The notes: generated from the sequence alone by a model not told the origin. Counted from the stretch's first letter, positions 21,801 to 31,828 are shown. The stretch is DNA of 64,000 nucleotides from Chloroflexota bacterium (GCA_965243625.1 CBDEVI010000002.1:321396-385395); one strand, 5' to 3'. A program made the numbers and translations.

Positions 21801-22067
21801 TGGCTGCGCGACGGCGGCGAGCAGGACTACCTGGAAACGGCCAAGGAGCTGCTGCGCACGCCCCGCGAGGAGCAGCTGCGCGACAACAGCTTCTGGCGTG
21901 GCCAGATCCAGGCCGTCGTGCAGCGGGATGGGGAATTCTCAGGGATCCTCGACTTCGAGGAACGGCTGGACGCCGTGACCTTGGAGCAGGTCGCAGCCGC
22001 AGCTCGGCTCTACCTCCCCGATGACCGCTACCTGCGCGTGCTGCTGCTCCCCGAAGAGGACGGCTAG
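18834..22067 (+). CDS. M16-family zinc peptidase (insulinase/pitrilysin-like) lipoprotein with a Thr/Pro-rich linker, 1077 aa.
   Basis: Lipoprotein signal ...VLAACGDE. ~100-aa (PTPEPTPT)n linker. Inverzincin HFVEHMAF (HxxEH). Tandem active and inactive M16 domains. Confidence 0.85.
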   Translation: MTSMRARLNLAAIIAAVALVAMVLAACGDEVPPAPEPTPTAIATPVAVAPTPTPEPTPTAVVTREAVAPTATPTPVPATPTPIPQPTATPTPEPTPTPAPQPTPTPTPEPTATPTPEPTPTPTPEPTPTPTPEPTPTPTPEPTPTPEPTPAVALPSDPDAPLAFDPSVVRGTLSNGLVYYIRHNEEPRDRAHLSLIVKAGSILEEEDQRGLAHFVEHMAFNGTERFAKQEIVEYLESIGSNFGPDVNASTGFDVTRYFVEIPTDDPEILEKAFQILSEWAFAIAFAPDEVELERGVILEEWRLFRGFGARFQNNWFPLIFGDSRYNERDPIGLPEVFENAPPQRLVDFYQTWYRPDLMAVIAVGDFDTEAIEAKVRQYFAPPPEGEAGQAAAAIGPPTDRPRYGVPEHDEPRVNVFSDPEAPGTQMFLVRKLPPESGDDLAALRRIVVERLAFMMLNARLFERGQVDDPPYLGANALRGGFIQPVDLVQFAAWVEQDGVEAGFAALLEETQRARQHGFTESELSREKSNLLSEIERVYKERDQRESVNLSQEYADHFLNGTPVPGIEVEWAFYQALLPEISLADVDAVAATWSEPGDTVLLVMRPEGSGDKSDEDLETELQAKLAAADTLEVEPYEDEVADVPLMATIPTPGSITAEEAIESIDAVKWTLSNGITVIAKQTDFKNDEIVFSAFSPGGHSLVDDADHVSATYAAQLASGSGVGPHDNVALDKLLAGKRVSVSPYISELYEGFNGSSSPEDIETLFQLINLYATAPRLDPVYFSNFETSLRTTAETRADQPDAVFSDTLNTAFSQNHFRRRPLTLELLDELSLERAEAVYADRFADLGDATFVFVGAFDWDTLRSLTESYLASLPTTGRVEQWRDVGVERPSGLEEHVVRIGIEPRSRTAVVFAGDMEWSRQEALTLTLVGEMLQIRLRESLREALGGTYSVGAITRATRFPEPEFLFYVIFGSDPARADELFDAIFEEIAWLRDGGEQDYLETAKELLRTPREEQLRDNSFWRGQIQAVVQRDGEFSGILDFEERLDAVTLEQVAAAARLYLPDDRYLRVLLLPEEDG

Positions 22068-22105
22068 CCCGCGAGCCTTGTCAAGTCTCCCCAGCTGGCA
22101 CGAGT

Positions 22106-23167
22106 TCAGTCGAACTCGCTCAGACGTACCGTGCGGACTTCCTCGCTGCTTCTGACGGCGGCGAAGGCGATCTTGATCGACTTCAGGTTGTCGCGGCCGG
22201 AGGTCAGCGGCTCGCGGCCTTCCGTGACCGCCGTCATCATCTCGGCCATGCTGCCGCCGAAGGCGTCCGGGAACCACCGGCCCTCGATCGGGAAACGCAC
22301 ACGGCGGTCGGGCGCATCCTTGCGGGAGACCTCTACCCACTTCTGGGTACCCACGATCGAACCCTCCACCCCATCCAGGTACCAGGTGTCGGCGTGAGCC
22401 GCCGGACTGGGCACGATGTTGTTGAAATGCTCGGTGCAGAGCAGGTCGCCGCTGTCGAAATGCATCAGCAGCGAGTGACACAGGGGTGAGACAGCAAGCT
22501 GCCCCGGGACTCGGCTGGTCGTGCAGCTCACGGCGTCGGGCGATCGCCCCGTGAAGTAGCGAGCCAGGTCGATGTAGTGGACGCCGTGGTCCACGACATT
22601 GAAGTCCTGCAGCTGGCGCCACCAGCGGTCCGGATGGTCCTGCCAGGACCGCCGCACGTGGGCCACGCTGTAGAGCGGGCCGCAGACGCCGCGGTCGAGC
22701 AGCACCTTTATGGCCTGATGGGCCGGCGCCCAGCGGGCCTGCTGGTTCACCATCAGCGGCATGCCCGCCCGCTCGACGCCGCGGACCATGTGCTGAGCGG
22801 AGGCCCAATCCATGGCGAGCGGCTTCTGCGAAAGAATCGGCTTGCCCGCCGCCGCGATCTCAAGGAGAACCTCGGAACGCACATTGGCGTGCACGGCCAG
22901 GTCCACCACCTCGACCGCTGGATCGTCCAACAGCGTGGCGAGGCTCGTGCTTCCACGCGGGATGCGCCAGCGGCTGCAGGTTGATTCGACCGCTTGGGCA
23001 TCAATGTCCTTGCAGGCGACGACGTCGTATCCGAAGTCGCGGTAGGCGGGCAGGTGGGCGGAATTGGCGATGTCGCCGCAGCCCACGAGGCCGATCTTGA
23101 GCCGCTGCCCGATGGGTGGCTTGGGTGCGTAGTCTTTGGGCTTCAGGTCAAGCTCATCGAGGCGCAT
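22106..23167 (-). CDS. Gfo/Idh/MocA-family NAD(P)-dependent oxidoreductase.
   Basis: N-terminal Rossmann motif KIGLVGCGDIANSAHLPAY with family-typical spacing. Confidence 0.8.
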   Translation of the reverse strand: MRLDELDLKPKDYAPKPPIGQRLKIGLVGCGDIANSAHLPAYRDFGYDVVACKDIDAQAVESTCSRWRIPRGSTSLATLLDDPAVEVVDLAVHANVRSEVLLEIAAAGKPILSQKPLAMDWASAQHMVRGVERAGMPLMVNQQARWAPAHQAIKVLLDRGVCGPLYSVAHVRRSWQDHPDRWWRQLQDFNVVDHGVHYIDLARYFTGRSPDAVSCTTSRVPGQLAVSPLCHSLLMHFDSGDLLCTEHFNNIVPSPAAHADTWYLDGVEGSIVGTQKWVEVSRKDAPDRRVRFPIEGRWFPDAFGGSMAEMMTAVTEGREPLTSGRDNLKSIKIAFAAVRSSEEVRTVRLSEFD

Positions 23168-23459
23168 ACCAAGCCCCCGTCAGGTGAGGCGCAACCCTGC
23201 ACACGGTGCCGCGCCGCCGGGTCGGGCAGCAAATCCGATGTGGCGAGGACGGGTCAAGACCGTGATTGCGGGCGAGACTCCGGCAGTCGCGCCGTGGCAT
23301 TCGAAGTGCCCGGCGCCAGCCGGCGGCGGCTCCCCGGTAAATTGCATGCACCCGATCGAAGAAAAGGCCGGCGCGCAGTGCAGTTTCACTCCCCAGCCGC
23401 GCGCCCATAAGCCATAATCAGGCATCCGCACACTCGTCTTTCAACGAGGCAGGGATCCC

Positions 23460-24593
23460 ATGGCAACGCCATCCTCCAGCGTGGCGCAGGTTCCGCGGCT
23501 CACCACCGAGCAGATCGCCCAGTTCAAGCGCGACGGCTTCCTGGTCTTGCCGGCAGTGCTCGACCTCGAGCTCTGCCGCCAAACCCGCGAGCAGATGTGG
23601 GAGCTGATCGCCGAGCACCGACCCAGCATGAAGCGGGACGACCCCGCGACCTGGCTGCCCTTCTCCGACGAGGAGCGGGAAGGCTACAAGCGTCCCGAGG
23701 GCGGCGGCGACCCGTACTTCGGCGGCGGCGGCCACCGGCTCTACATTCGCAACGGCGCCGAAGAGCTGCTGCTCGACCTGGCGCCCCGTGCCATGTTCGA
23801 CATCGCGGAGCAGTTGCTCGGCGACGGTGAGGTCATTTGGCCGAACGGCCTCGACGAGACCAATACCACCATCGGACCGGCGCTCTTGACCGAGGACCAC
23901 ATCACCAGCATGGAGGTCCATCTGGGTCCGGAGTCCGACAAGTGGCTCGGCAAGGCCACGCGCAAGACCGAGCAGCTGCGCCTGCCCAAGACCGGTCCCG
24001 TGTGGGCGACCGCCCAGGGATCGCGCGGTCTCTATTGCACGCTGCCCAACAGTCCGGGCGGCCGGGTCAACAAGTACCCGTACGCCAAGGTCCAGCCGAG
24101 CGCCAGGTATCCCTCGGCTCACGCGGCGGAGGGCATGTACGAAAGCCGGCGGCGGCTCCAGATCGCGGCCTACTTCGACGACCTGCCGCTTGGGGCCGGC
24201 GGCCTCCACCTGTGGCCCGGCAGCCATCAGCGGATTTGGGACCGGTGGTCCGCGATGCACCGCGGCGACATCCCGTCCAACGACGACTGGCTGAGCCTGC
24301 GGCATTCCGCGGGCAAGTTCGACGGCTACGTCACGCCGCCGATCTCGGAGATCAAGGAAGACACGCCGGTCGTGGACACCCACGGACCCTGCGGCTCGGT
24401 GGTCCTCTGGCACGCCAACATGCTGCACATGGCGGGGCAGAACACGAGCAGCGACATCATCCGTCAGGCCACGATCTACGCCTACGACAAGACCGAGGAG
24501 TCCCTCCCGGACGAGCAGGCGTTGGCCTACCCGGACGGCGACCTCTGGCGCGACTGGTCCGACGAGCTGCGCGCGACTGAAACGGCGAGCTAG
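23460..24593 (+). CDS. Phytanoyl-CoA dioxygenase (PhyH)-family Fe(II)/2OG oxygenase.
   Basis: N-terminal LTTEQIAQFKRDGFLVL is typical of PhyH. His/Asp residues downstream. Confidence 0.65.
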   Translation: MATPSSSVAQVPRLTTEQIAQFKRDGFLVLPAVLDLELCRQTREQMWELIAEHRPSMKRDDPATWLPFSDEEREGYKRPEGGGDPYFGGGGHRLYIRNGAEELLLDLAPRAMFDIAEQLLGDGEVIWPNGLDETNTTIGPALLTEDHITSMEVHLGPESDKWLGKATRKTEQLRLPKTGPVWATAQGSRGLYCTLPNSPGGRVNKYPYAKVQPSARYPSAHAAEGMYESRRRLQIAAYFDDLPLGAGGLHLWPGSHQRIWDRWSAMHRGDIPSNDDWLSLRHSAGKFDGYVTPPISEIKEDTPVVDTHGPCGSVVLWHANMLHMAGQNTSSDIIRQATIYAYDKTEESLPDEQALAYPDGDLWRDWSDELRATETAS

Positions 24594-24609
24594 AGACCTA
24601 TCGACGTGA

Positions 24610-24643
24610 GCACGCAGGCCACCAAACTCGGTGGCCTGCGTGC
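24610..24643 (+). terminator. Perfect 14-bp-stem hairpin immediately after the PhyH gene. Candidate intrinsic terminator.
   Basis: GCACGCAGGCCACC-AAACTC-GGTGGCCTGCGTGC lies 17 nt after the stop. No U-tract, which is common in high-GC genomes. Confidence 0.4.
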
Positions 24644-24743
24644 CGCGCGGTGGTCCGGCAGCCCATGACGGTCAAGACGTTTCTGGGCGATGGCAGACTC
24701 TCGTGAGCGGGAAGGCTAGAGGGATCGGGCGAGGGGCACTCTG

Positions 24744-25175
24744 ATGGAAAACCTGCTAGTCGTGCTCGTCCCGGTTGTAGTCGCCGTAGTTGTATGGGCA
24801 TTGAACGAATCCAGCAGGCGACGTTGGGAAATGTACAAGAGAAAGGAAGATCGATACACTAGTCTGATCCAAAACTTAGAGGGATTCAGTGTCCGATCAA
24901 TCACCGGTGAAGACGCGTTGCACTCACTTCGATCTGAATTCATCAAACAACTGGCATACGGATGGCTATATCTTCCTGACGATTTGATTCGAAAAGGCTA
25001 TGAATTCCTTGACACTGTGCGAGTTGGTGCCAATGAATCTGATCAAGAAAAGAATCGAGTACTCGGCGAATTCGTGGCGCTAATGCGCAATGATCTATAC
25101 GGCAGGAGATTGCTATTGTGGAAAAAAACGAAATTGGTAGGCAAGGACTATCGGCATCTCAAGAGCATCAACTAG
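24744..25175 (+). CDS. Hypothetical protein, 143 aa, with an N-terminal TM helix. Low-GC orphan gene.
   Basis: ~45% GC ORF embedded in ~68% GC DNA. N-terminal LLVVLVPVVVAVVVWAL. No recognisable domain. Confidence 0.45.
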   Translation: MENLLVVLVPVVVAVVVWALNESSRRRWEMYKRKEDRYTSLIQNLEGFSVRSITGEDALHSLRSEFIKQLAYGWLYLPDDLIRKGYEFLDTVRVGANESDQEKNRVLGEFVALMRNDLYGRRLLLWKKTKLVGKDYRHLKSIN

Positions 25176-25218
25176 ATTTCCAGTGCGTCCAGCACGACGG
25201 CCCTTGGATCAATAGCCC

Positions 25219-27060
25219 GTGACGGTCACGACCTTTCTGGGAGACGACGGCCCCGGGCAACGTCCGGCCCATGCCACTCGCCCGGTGGTCATGGGCCGAC
25301 GCGGCGTCGTCACGTCGGGTCACTATCTGGCCACGGCCGCGGGCTTCCGCATCATGGAGCAGGGCGGCAACGCCATCGACGCCGCCGCGGCGATGTGCTT
25401 CTGCCTCAACCTGCTCGAGCCCCAGAGCAACGGGCTGGCCGGCGAGGTGCCGACGCTCATCTACTCGGCGCGCGAGCGCAAGGCATACGCGCTCAGCGGC
25501 ATGGGCTGGTCGGCGCGGGCGTTCAGCATCGACTGGTGCCGCGAGCACGGCATCGATCTCATCCCCGGCGACGGCTATCTGCCGGCCTGCGTGCCCGCCG
25601 TGGTCGGAACCTGGACCGCGGCCTTGGCCCGCTTTGGAACCCTCAGTTTCGCCGAGGTCGCGCAGCCCGCCATAGAGCTCGCCGAGCACGGCTTTCCCGT
25701 CTACCCAGGCCTCCGCGACAGCCTGGCCGGTAACGAAGCCAAGTACACCGAGTTTTACCCCAGCACCGGCGAGGTCTACTTGCCGTCGGGACGGGCGCCC
25801 GAGGTCGGCGACCTGCTTCGCAATCCCGCCTGGGCCGAGACCTTGCGCATCCTTTGCCGCGCCGAGCAGGCCGCTGCCGGACGCGGGCGCGTGGCCGGCA
25901 TCGAGGCCGCGCGCGACGCCTTCTACAAGGGCGAGATCGCCGAGCGCATCATCGACTTCATCACGGCCAACCCGGTCGAAGACGCCAGCGGCTCGGCGCA
26001 CGCGGGCCTGCTCACCTATGAGGACTTCGCCGAGTGGGAGGCGGACTTCGAGGAGCCCGTCAGCCTGAACTACCACGGCCTGGAGGTTTCCAAGTGCTCG
26101 AGTTGGACCCAGGGCCCGGTATTCGTGCAACAGCTGTCGCTGCTGCAGGGGTTCGACCTGGCGGCGATGGGCCACAACTCGGCGGACTACCTGCACACGG
26201 TGATCGAGTGCTCCAAGCTGGCCTTCGCCGACCGCGAGGCCCACTACGGCGACCCGCGCTTTGACGACGTGCCGTTCGACCGGCTGTTATCCGAGGACTA
26301 CGCCGCTCAACGCCGCTCGCTGGTCGGCGAGCGCGCGTCCCTGGAGATGCGGCCCGGTGATCTCGGGAACGGCATGCCGACATACGCCACCATCGACGTG
26401 GCCGAGGACAACCGCCAGGCCTTGCAGCTCGAGGCTCGCGAAGTCCGGGACCTGGGCCTCGGCCACGCGCACCTGGGCGACACCACTCACCTGGACGCCG
26501 TGGACGCCGAGGGCAACATGGTCGCGGCAACCCCGAGCGGCGGATGGTTGGGCACCTCGCCGGTGATTCGCGGGCTGGGGTTTCCACTGGGCACGCGCGG
26601 CCAGATGTTCTACCTGAATCCGGCGCGGCCCAATGCCCTGGCCCCGCGCAAGCGACCCCGCGCCACCCTCACGCCGTCGCTCGTCACTCGCGACGGCGAG
26701 CCCTACATGGTCTTCGGCACGCCGGGCGGCGACGGCCAGGACCAATGGACGCTGCAATTCTTCCTCAACCACGTCCATTTCGGCATGAGCCTGCAAGAAG
26801 CGCTGGACGCGCCCACAGTGCACTCGGTGCACTTCCCGTCGTCGTTCTACCCGCGCCAGGCCTATCCGGGTCGCGTGGTGGCCGAAGGCCGCATCGACAC
26901 CAAGGTCGTCGCCGAATTGGAGCGCCGCGGCCACGAAATCGAACTGACAAACGGCTGGGCCAACGGCAAGCCCATGGCGATCCAATTCGGAGGCCCCGAC
27001 GGCGTCATCGCCGGAGCGGTATCCGCCAAAGGCGCCATCGGCTACGCGCTTGGGTGGTGA
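25219..27060 (+). CDS. ggt: Gamma-glutamyltransferase family protein.
   Basis: Nucleophile motif GDTTHLDAVD...GGW and overall length/arrangement of the Ntn-hydrolase GGT family. Confidence 0.8.
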   Translation: MTVTTFLGDDGPGQRPAHATRPVVMGRRGVVTSGHYLATAAGFRIMEQGGNAIDAAAAMCFCLNLLEPQSNGLAGEVPTLIYSARERKAYALSGMGWSARAFSIDWCREHGIDLIPGDGYLPACVPAVVGTWTAALARFGTLSFAEVAQPAIELAEHGFPVYPGLRDSLAGNEAKYTEFYPSTGEVYLPSGRAPEVGDLLRNPAWAETLRILCRAEQAAAGRGRVAGIEAARDAFYKGEIAERIIDFITANPVEDASGSAHAGLLTYEDFAEWEADFEEPVSLNYHGLEVSKCSSWTQGPVFVQQLSLLQGFDLAAMGHNSADYLHTVIECSKLAFADREAHYGDPRFDDVPFDRLLSEDYAAQRRSLVGERASLEMRPGDLGNGMPTYATIDVAEDNRQALQLEAREVRDLGLGHAHLGDTTHLDAVDAEGNMVAATPSGGWLGTSPVIRGLGFPLGTRGQMFYLNPARPNALAPRKRPRATLTPSLVTRDGEPYMVFGTPGGDGQDQWTLQFFLNHVHFGMSLQEALDAPTVHSVHFPSSFYPRQAYPGRVVAEGRIDTKVVAELERRGHEIELTNGWANGKPMAIQFGGPDGVIAGAVSAKGAIGYALGW

Positions 27061-27115
27061 CCGCTCTGAACGTTTGGTGTAGGGGCGGGTCTCAGACCCG
27101 CCCGTTCCGCGCGGC

Positions 27116-27904
27116 CTAGGCTCTCGCCCTCCGCGCGGCAGTGAGCAACGCCAACAGCCGGTCGCGCGCCGCGTGCTGCATTGCCACCCGCGTCGATAGC
27201 TCGATCTGCCCCGGCGTCTCGGTGGTCATGCCGGACCGCATGCCGAGTGAGTACAGATAGAACGGCAGCGGCCAGTCGCCGTCTTCCATGTACTCCTGAA
27301 ACGCTTCGTCCCGTGATCGGTCCTCGCCCACGGAGATCAGGCCGCCCGAGACGGGCGTCTCGTCCACCTCCGACTTGCCGGTGACCGGCCCGCGCTCGGC
27401 CACGGCCTCAACGATCTCCGGATGCCACGCGCGGTCCTCGAGGAACGCGTAGACGTAGAACCCGTCCTCCTCCGGGTCCTCGTGAGCGTCAATGAAGGCG
27501 TCGAACGCGTCGTGCTCGATCATCGCGCGCAGCACCCGTACCTCCGGCACCTCGTCGCTGTCGTAGGTCCGATTGATGTCGATGCCCTCCGCGTTCTCGC
27601 GGGTTCCCAGCGCGCAGCCGGTGGGGTTCAGGCAAGGGAAGACGCTAAAGGAAATGCCCGGGTGGTCGGCCCAGCGGCGCTGTTCGAGAAACTCGAGCAC
27701 GGAGACGAACCCCGCGGGTTCGTCTCCGTGGACACCGCCAAACAACCCCACGCGCGCAAGCGTCGGCCCCTGCGGGTCGATGTCCACGCGCAGCAGATCG
27801 ATGCCCAGCTCGTCGACCGGATGTCGGGTCAGCGTGAGTCGCGGACCGTCGCACGCCGCGACCACCCGCGCCACGATCTCGTCATAGCTGGCTGGCGGTT
27901 GCAT
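27116..27904 (-). CDS. Succinylglutamate desuccinylase/aspartoacylase (AstE/AspA) family zinc hydrolase.
   Basis: GGVHGDEPAG zinc-binding motif near the N-terminus. Confidence 0.7.
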   Translation of the reverse strand: MQPPASYDEIVARVVAACDGPRLTLTRHPVDELGIDLLRVDIDPQGPTLARVGLFGGVHGDEPAGFVSVLEFLEQRRWADHPGISFSVFPCLNPTGCALGTRENAEGIDINRTYDSDEVPEVRVLRAMIEHDAFDAFIDAHEDPEEDGFYVYAFLEDRAWHPEIVEAVAERGPVTGKSEVDETPVSGGLISVGEDRSRDEAFQEYMEDGDWPLPFYLYSLGMRSGMTTETPGQIELSTRVAMQHAARDRLLALLTAARRARA

Positions 27905-28099
27905 GAGCTCCTACTGAACGCCTTCCGCCTGCAAGGCGAAGGTCGGGATGGGGGTCGGCGGCTTCGTAGCCTACCTGCTGCGCGGGCGAGACTTCGGTCA
28001 CAAATCCGCCATTTCGGGAGCCTTGGCACGGTTCGTGGTCGGCCTGCCTCGTTCGTGGCGATCCCGTCGGCAGGCTCTGTCGGACCACCGCCCAGTTCC

Positions 28100-28290
28100 G
28101 TCATTCCCGCGAAGGCGGGAATCCACCTTGCCTCCCGCAACGCGTGGCGCAGGGGCAACCTTCGTGGGACTCGACCGGTGGCCCGCGCTGCGTGCAGCGT
28201 GGGACCGGCCGCAGTCGAGTCTCCCAGGCTGCGCGCAGCCTGGGCCACCGGGCCGTCGGTCATTCCGGCGAAAGCCGGAATCCAGTCCGG
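28100..28290. repeat. Composite REP-like cluster: GTCATTCCCGCGAAGGCGGGAATCC, the CCCGCGCTGCGTGCAGCGTGGGACCGG palindrome, and GTCATTCCGGCGAAAGCCGGAATCC.
   Basis: Imperfect palindromes identical in family to units at 53950, 56965, 60514, 59560, 60390, 63560. Confidence 0.7.
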
Positions 28291-28353
28291 TCTACCTGTG
28301 CCTGCCCAAGTGTCCCCCGCGCATCTCTCGCTTGCCCCTGGTCTGCGGAGGTC

Positions 28354-29151
28354 CTAACAAGTCTCCGGCTGCGTGAGCCCGAATCCCGCCCCCTGCGGGT
28401 CCAGCAGGTAGGCGATGCGGCCCACCATGGCGATGTCCTTCGGCGGCAGGGCCACCCGCCCACCGGCAGCCGTCACCCGCGCAACTGCCGCGTCCAGATC
28501 CTCAATCTGAAAATAGACGCTCCAGTGCGCCGGCACGCCCCGGTCGCGCAGGTGCTCCGGCATGGCCATGATTCCGGACGCGCCGACGCCGCCGGACAAG
28601 AGGATGGTGTACGCACCCCCCTCCGCCATCGTCATCGTCTCGGACTCCATGCCCAGCAGCTCCGTGTAGAACGCGGTGGCGGCGTCGGGATCTCCGGCCA
28701 GAAGCTCGCACCAGTGGATCGTGTTCGGCTCGGATTTCACGCCCGCGCCGATGTGCCCCTTCGCCTGCCAGAACGCCACGTGCGCGCCCGCGGGATCGCT
28801 GATGATGCTCATGCGGCCCGCCTCGAAGACGTCGAACGGCGGCGCGCCCACCGCTCCCCCCAGTTCAGGCACCCGCGCCGCGATGGCGTCCACGTCGTCA
28901 ACCGCCAGGTGGATCATCCAGTGCGGCGGAATGCCCGCCTGGCGCTGGTCCTCCGGCTGCTCATACATGCCGCCCACGAACGCGCCGTCCACCATCGCCA
29001 TCGTGTAGAAGACGTTGCCGCTCTCGTCCATGGGATTGTCCTGGCATTCCCACCCGAACAAGTCCGCATAGAACGCCTTGGCCGCCGCCTGATCGGTGGT
29101 CGCCAGATCGACCCAGCACGGGGCGCCTTGCGAGTGGCTGCTGATCTTCAT
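28354..29151 (-). CDS. VOC/glyoxalase-family protein with two tandem domains.
   Basis: Two repeated betaalphabetabetabeta modules with H/E metal-ligand positions (HWMIHL..., HWSVYF...). Confidence 0.65.
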   Translation of the reverse strand: MKISSHSQGAPCWVDLATTDQAAAKAFYADLFGWECQDNPMDESGNVFYTMAMVDGAFVGGMYEQPEDQRQAGIPPHWMIHLAVDDVDAIAARVPELGGAVGAPPFDVFEAGRMSIISDPAGAHVAFWQAKGHIGAGVKSEPNTIHWCELLAGDPDAATAFYTELLGMESETMTMAEGGAYTILLSGGVGASGIMAMPEHLRDRGVPAHWSVYFQIEDLDAAVARVTAAGGRVALPPKDIAMVGRIAYLLDPQGAGFGLTQPETC

Positions 29152-29217
29152 CGACAGTCCCTAAGGCCTTTCAATTGGAGGGCTCTGCAGCGTATTGATT
29201 GAGAACACGCCGAGGCC

Positions 29218-29958
29218 ATGCTGGCCAAGCAACACGCGGGAGCGGCTCGGGCGGAGAATAGCCCAGATCCTGGTTGGTCCGCTCGACGACGAATCAAACC
29301 TCACTGGGGGCCTGCGAATCTCCCACTCGCCCATCAAGTAGTTGCCAGAATAGGCAGAATTAATCCCATATTAGCGGCACATTCCGCATCTTTCGATCGA
29401 GTGCGGCCCGGCACCAATATGCTACGATCCCAAGGATGCTGCCATGGAGTCGTAAGGTTCGCTCCCGAATGGTCGCGCGCTAACTTGGAAGGCCAGCAAA
29501 TCGACTCGTCGGTAAATGCTCAAGCCGTTCGATTGCAGGATGGTTTGAGGCGACTGACGCTTGCCATTGTCGAAGGACTCCAGCAGCAATTGTCTCCGTA
29601 TAAAATCGATGCCGTGGAATACACGATTCTCGGGGTTTGTCTTGCCGCTGGTCCAATTACGATCAAAGATCTACAGTCGAAGGTTCCGATTGACTACACG
29701 CAAATAAGTCGCACGACATCTAGACTCGAGGACAAGGGTCTCATGGCAAAGGCGCACCTCGCGGATGATCGGCGCGTCGTGAGAGTTGAGGTGACGGAAA
29801 AGGGCAGGGAGCTAATGCCGGAGCTCATGCAGAGCGCTTTGAGGTTCTACAAGGGTCTTGTTGGCGACATTAGCCAAGCGGAACTCGCGGCATGCACGGC
29901 CGTCATGCAGAAGCTGTCAACGCCAGGCGAGGCGGCAGAATCTGGTGGAACCCGGTGA
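29218..29958 (+). CDS. MarR-family transcriptional regulator. Start uncertain, probably internal. Lower-GC region.
   Basis: Winged-helix MarR core ...YTILGVCLAAGPITIKDLQSKVPIDYTQISRTTSRLEDKGLMAKAHLADDRRVVRVEVTEKGREL. Confidence 0.6.
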   Translation: MLAKQHAGAARAENSPDPGWSARRRIKPHWGPANLPLAHQVVARIGRINPILAAHSASFDRVRPGTNMLRSQGCCHGVVRFAPEWSRANLEGQQIDSSVNAQAVRLQDGLRRLTLAIVEGLQQQLSPYKIDAVEYTILGVCLAAGPITIKDLQSKVPIDYTQISRTTSRLEDKGLMAKAHLADDRRVVRVEVTEKGRELMPELMQSALRFYKGLVGDISQAELAACTAVMQKLSTPGEAAESGGTR

Positions 29959-29966
29959 ACGACGAG

Positions 29967-30443
29967 ATGCAAGGCGAGGTGTTGCAGGCGCAGATCGGTC
30001 ATCTGCAGGAAAATATCATCAGCGTGGTGCACATGATGTACCGTGGAATCGAAGCAGAGTTGGCACAAGACCGACTCGCAGTCGGCGTCTACTCGGTGCT
30101 TGCTGCATGCTTCATCAACGAACCAATCACGGTTTCGGAAGTCCAGAAACATGTCGCGCTGGATACCGGACGGATAAGCCGGATCGTGACCAACCTCGAA
30201 GAGAGAAACTTCGTACGAAAGACACGCCTTCAAGCCGACCGACGGATGGTATCGATTGTAATGACAGACGAAGGTCGCGATATCGCGGCACGCGTCATGG
30301 GCAAAATAGATTCATTCTATGTTTCGACCATGGGTCGAATCACTGACGATGAACTGACGCATCTAATCGCGTTTATCGAAAAGATGCTGGCGAACGCCGA
30401 TCGTGTTCGCCATGAGATGAGCGAAGAAGCCGCGCGAGCATAG
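29967..30443 (+). CDS. MarR-family transcriptional regulator, second tandem copy.
   Basis: ...VYSVLAACFINEPITVSEVQKHVALDTGRISRIVTNLEERNFVRKTRLQADRRMVSIVMTDEGRDIA. Start trimmed to the Met that avoids overlap with the upstream paralogue. Confidence 0.65.
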   Translation: MQGEVLQAQIGHLQENIISVVHMMYRGIEAELAQDRLAVGVYSVLAACFINEPITVSEVQKHVALDTGRISRIVTNLEERNFVRKTRLQADRRMVSIVMTDEGRDIAARVMGKIDSFYVSTMGRITDDELTHLIAFIEKMLANADRVRHEMSEEAARA

Positions 30444-30564
30444 CTGCTTGGCCCTAGGCGCGATCGGGTCAGCGGCCGCTGCGGAGCGACCGGCTGGCGA
30501 TTGGGCCGAAGCGATCGGCCGCGAACGTCTCGTGTTTCGGCCTGCTCGAATCTCGCGGGGGCCC

Positions 30565-30966
30565 CTACCAGATGGTCTCGATGTGTGGCGAGGCCGTCAG
30601 GGTCGCATCCCGGCTAACAACCGGGGCATCCAATGCTGCCGCCTCCGCCGCGATGAGCCGGTCGTGCATTTCCGGGATCTCCGGATAACGATCAAGCCGC
30701 TCAAGTTTGTCTCGACCCAAGTCCGACAGCTCGATGCCGTCCGCGGAGTCCAATGCCTCCAGGAAACGAGAGGGAGCGAAGGCCTGGCCTAACTTGACCG
30801 ACAGGTAGTACGACTCGGCCACGGCAATAGCGGGAACGACAATGGTGGCGTTGCCCGTCTCAGCCAGTCGGAATACCGCGGTAGCGGCGGCGGATAGACG
30901 TTCAGGCGATTTGAGATACCACCACAGGGCATGGGTGTCGACGACGGCTCGAAAGTGACCGTTCAT
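30565..30966 (-). CDS. vapC: PIN-domain toxin, VapC family.
   Basis: N-terminal VVDTHALWWYL, and acidic residues spaced as in PIN. Overlaps the upstream antitoxin gene by 4 nt. Confidence 0.75.
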   Translation of the reverse strand: MNGHFRAVVDTHALWWYLKSPERLSAAATAVFRLAETGNATIVVPAIAVAESYYLSVKLGQAFAPSRFLEALDSADGIELSDLGRDKLERLDRYPEIPEMHDRLIAAEAAALDAPVVSRDATLTASPHIETIW

Positions 30967-31247
30967 CTCCGCTCAGATGCCCCCGATTCCGGCAAACGAG
31001 GCTCCCAGACCGACTTGATCTCTTGGAAATCCTCGTAGGTTGCGTCGGGAAGGTCGGCCAGGGCGCCCCGCAGCGAAGCCAGTGACGGTTTCTCTCCCGG
31101 AAGCTGCGGGACGGAAACCAGCTTGGCGCAGGGTTCCCCGCGGCGGGTGATCACGACCTCGGAGTCGGCATCGAGTTCCTTGAGGATCTCGCTGATCCTC
31201 GCCTTGAACTCCCTGATGCCGAATGTAGTCACGGAGCTTGCCGACAT
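30963..31247 (-). CDS. Phd/YefM-type antitoxin.
   Basis: FGIREFKARISEILKELDADSEVVITRRGEPCAKLVSV matches the Phd/YefM fold. Operonic with the PIN toxin. Confidence 0.7.
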   Translation of the reverse strand: MSASSVTTFGIREFKARISEILKELDADSEVVITRRGEPCAKLVSVPQLPGEKPSLASLRGALADLPDATYEDFQEIKSVWEPRLPESGASERR

Positions 31248-31393
31248 GTGGTTATCTTAGTTATGCGAAGTGACCACATTGTACCGCTTTGGCGCCGGCC
31301 TGAAGCGAGCCGACCCCAATATCCGCTGTGCGCGAATCACGGCGGCCGGGTCGTCCCGACGCAAGCTAGATTCGCGGGACGACCGGGTTTCTG

Positions 31394-31828
31394 CTAGCCG
31401 GCCTCGGCCTTGGCTTCGCTCAGCAGCTGGTGCCCCACGATGCCCAGCAGCACCGGCAGCGTGACGTCGATGACGATCCACAGCAGCTCCGAGCTGTGCG
31501 CCGGATCGGCGAACTGCACGCCAAACCAGTTCCACAGCAGCGCCAGGAGGAATGGAACGGAGAAGTAGAACAGGATGTTCGCTTCCAGGTACTCCCGGGT
31601 CACCGTCTGGTCGGTCAGGCCGGCGCACACGCTGCGCTTGCGCAGGAACGTCACAACCACCGTGAGCGCCACGGCAATCACCTGCAGCGGGTTCATGACG
31701 CTCCACGCGGCGAGCGAGGCGTCCTCCCAGGTCGGGTCGTAAAACCGCGTGACGAGGAAGTGGATGGCCACCATGGCCCCCACGCCAAACAGGTAGACGG
31801 CGATGAGCCGCTTCAGGTTTGCCGCCAT
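31394..31828 (-). CDS. Hypothetical 4-TM membrane protein.
   Basis: Four hydrophobic helices. Competes with an overlapping Arg/Pro-rich frame (31257-31844) judged spurious. Confidence 0.5.
   Translation of the reverse strand: MAANLKRLIAVYLFGVGAMVAIHFLVTRFYDPTWEDASLAAWSVMNPLQVIAVALTVVVTFLRKRSVCAGLTDQTVTREYLEANILFYFSVPFLLALLWNWFGVQFADPAHSSELLWIVIDVTLPVLLGIVGHQLLSEAKAEAG

Noticed and set aside
23418-24428. 336-aa minus-strand ORF
   Set aside because: Fully antisense to the PhyH-family gene. It is a typical high-GC shadow ORF rich in Arg/Ala/Gly.
25168-26244. 358-aa minus-strand ORF, and the 26060-26985 minus-strand ORFs
   Set aside because: Antisense to the gamma-glutamyltransferase gene. No motifs, Arg/Gly-rich.
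27422-29202. 311-aa and 352-aa plus-strand ORFs
   Set aside because: They overlap the AstE/AspA and VOC genes on the opposite strand and run through REP units. Composition is non-coding-like.
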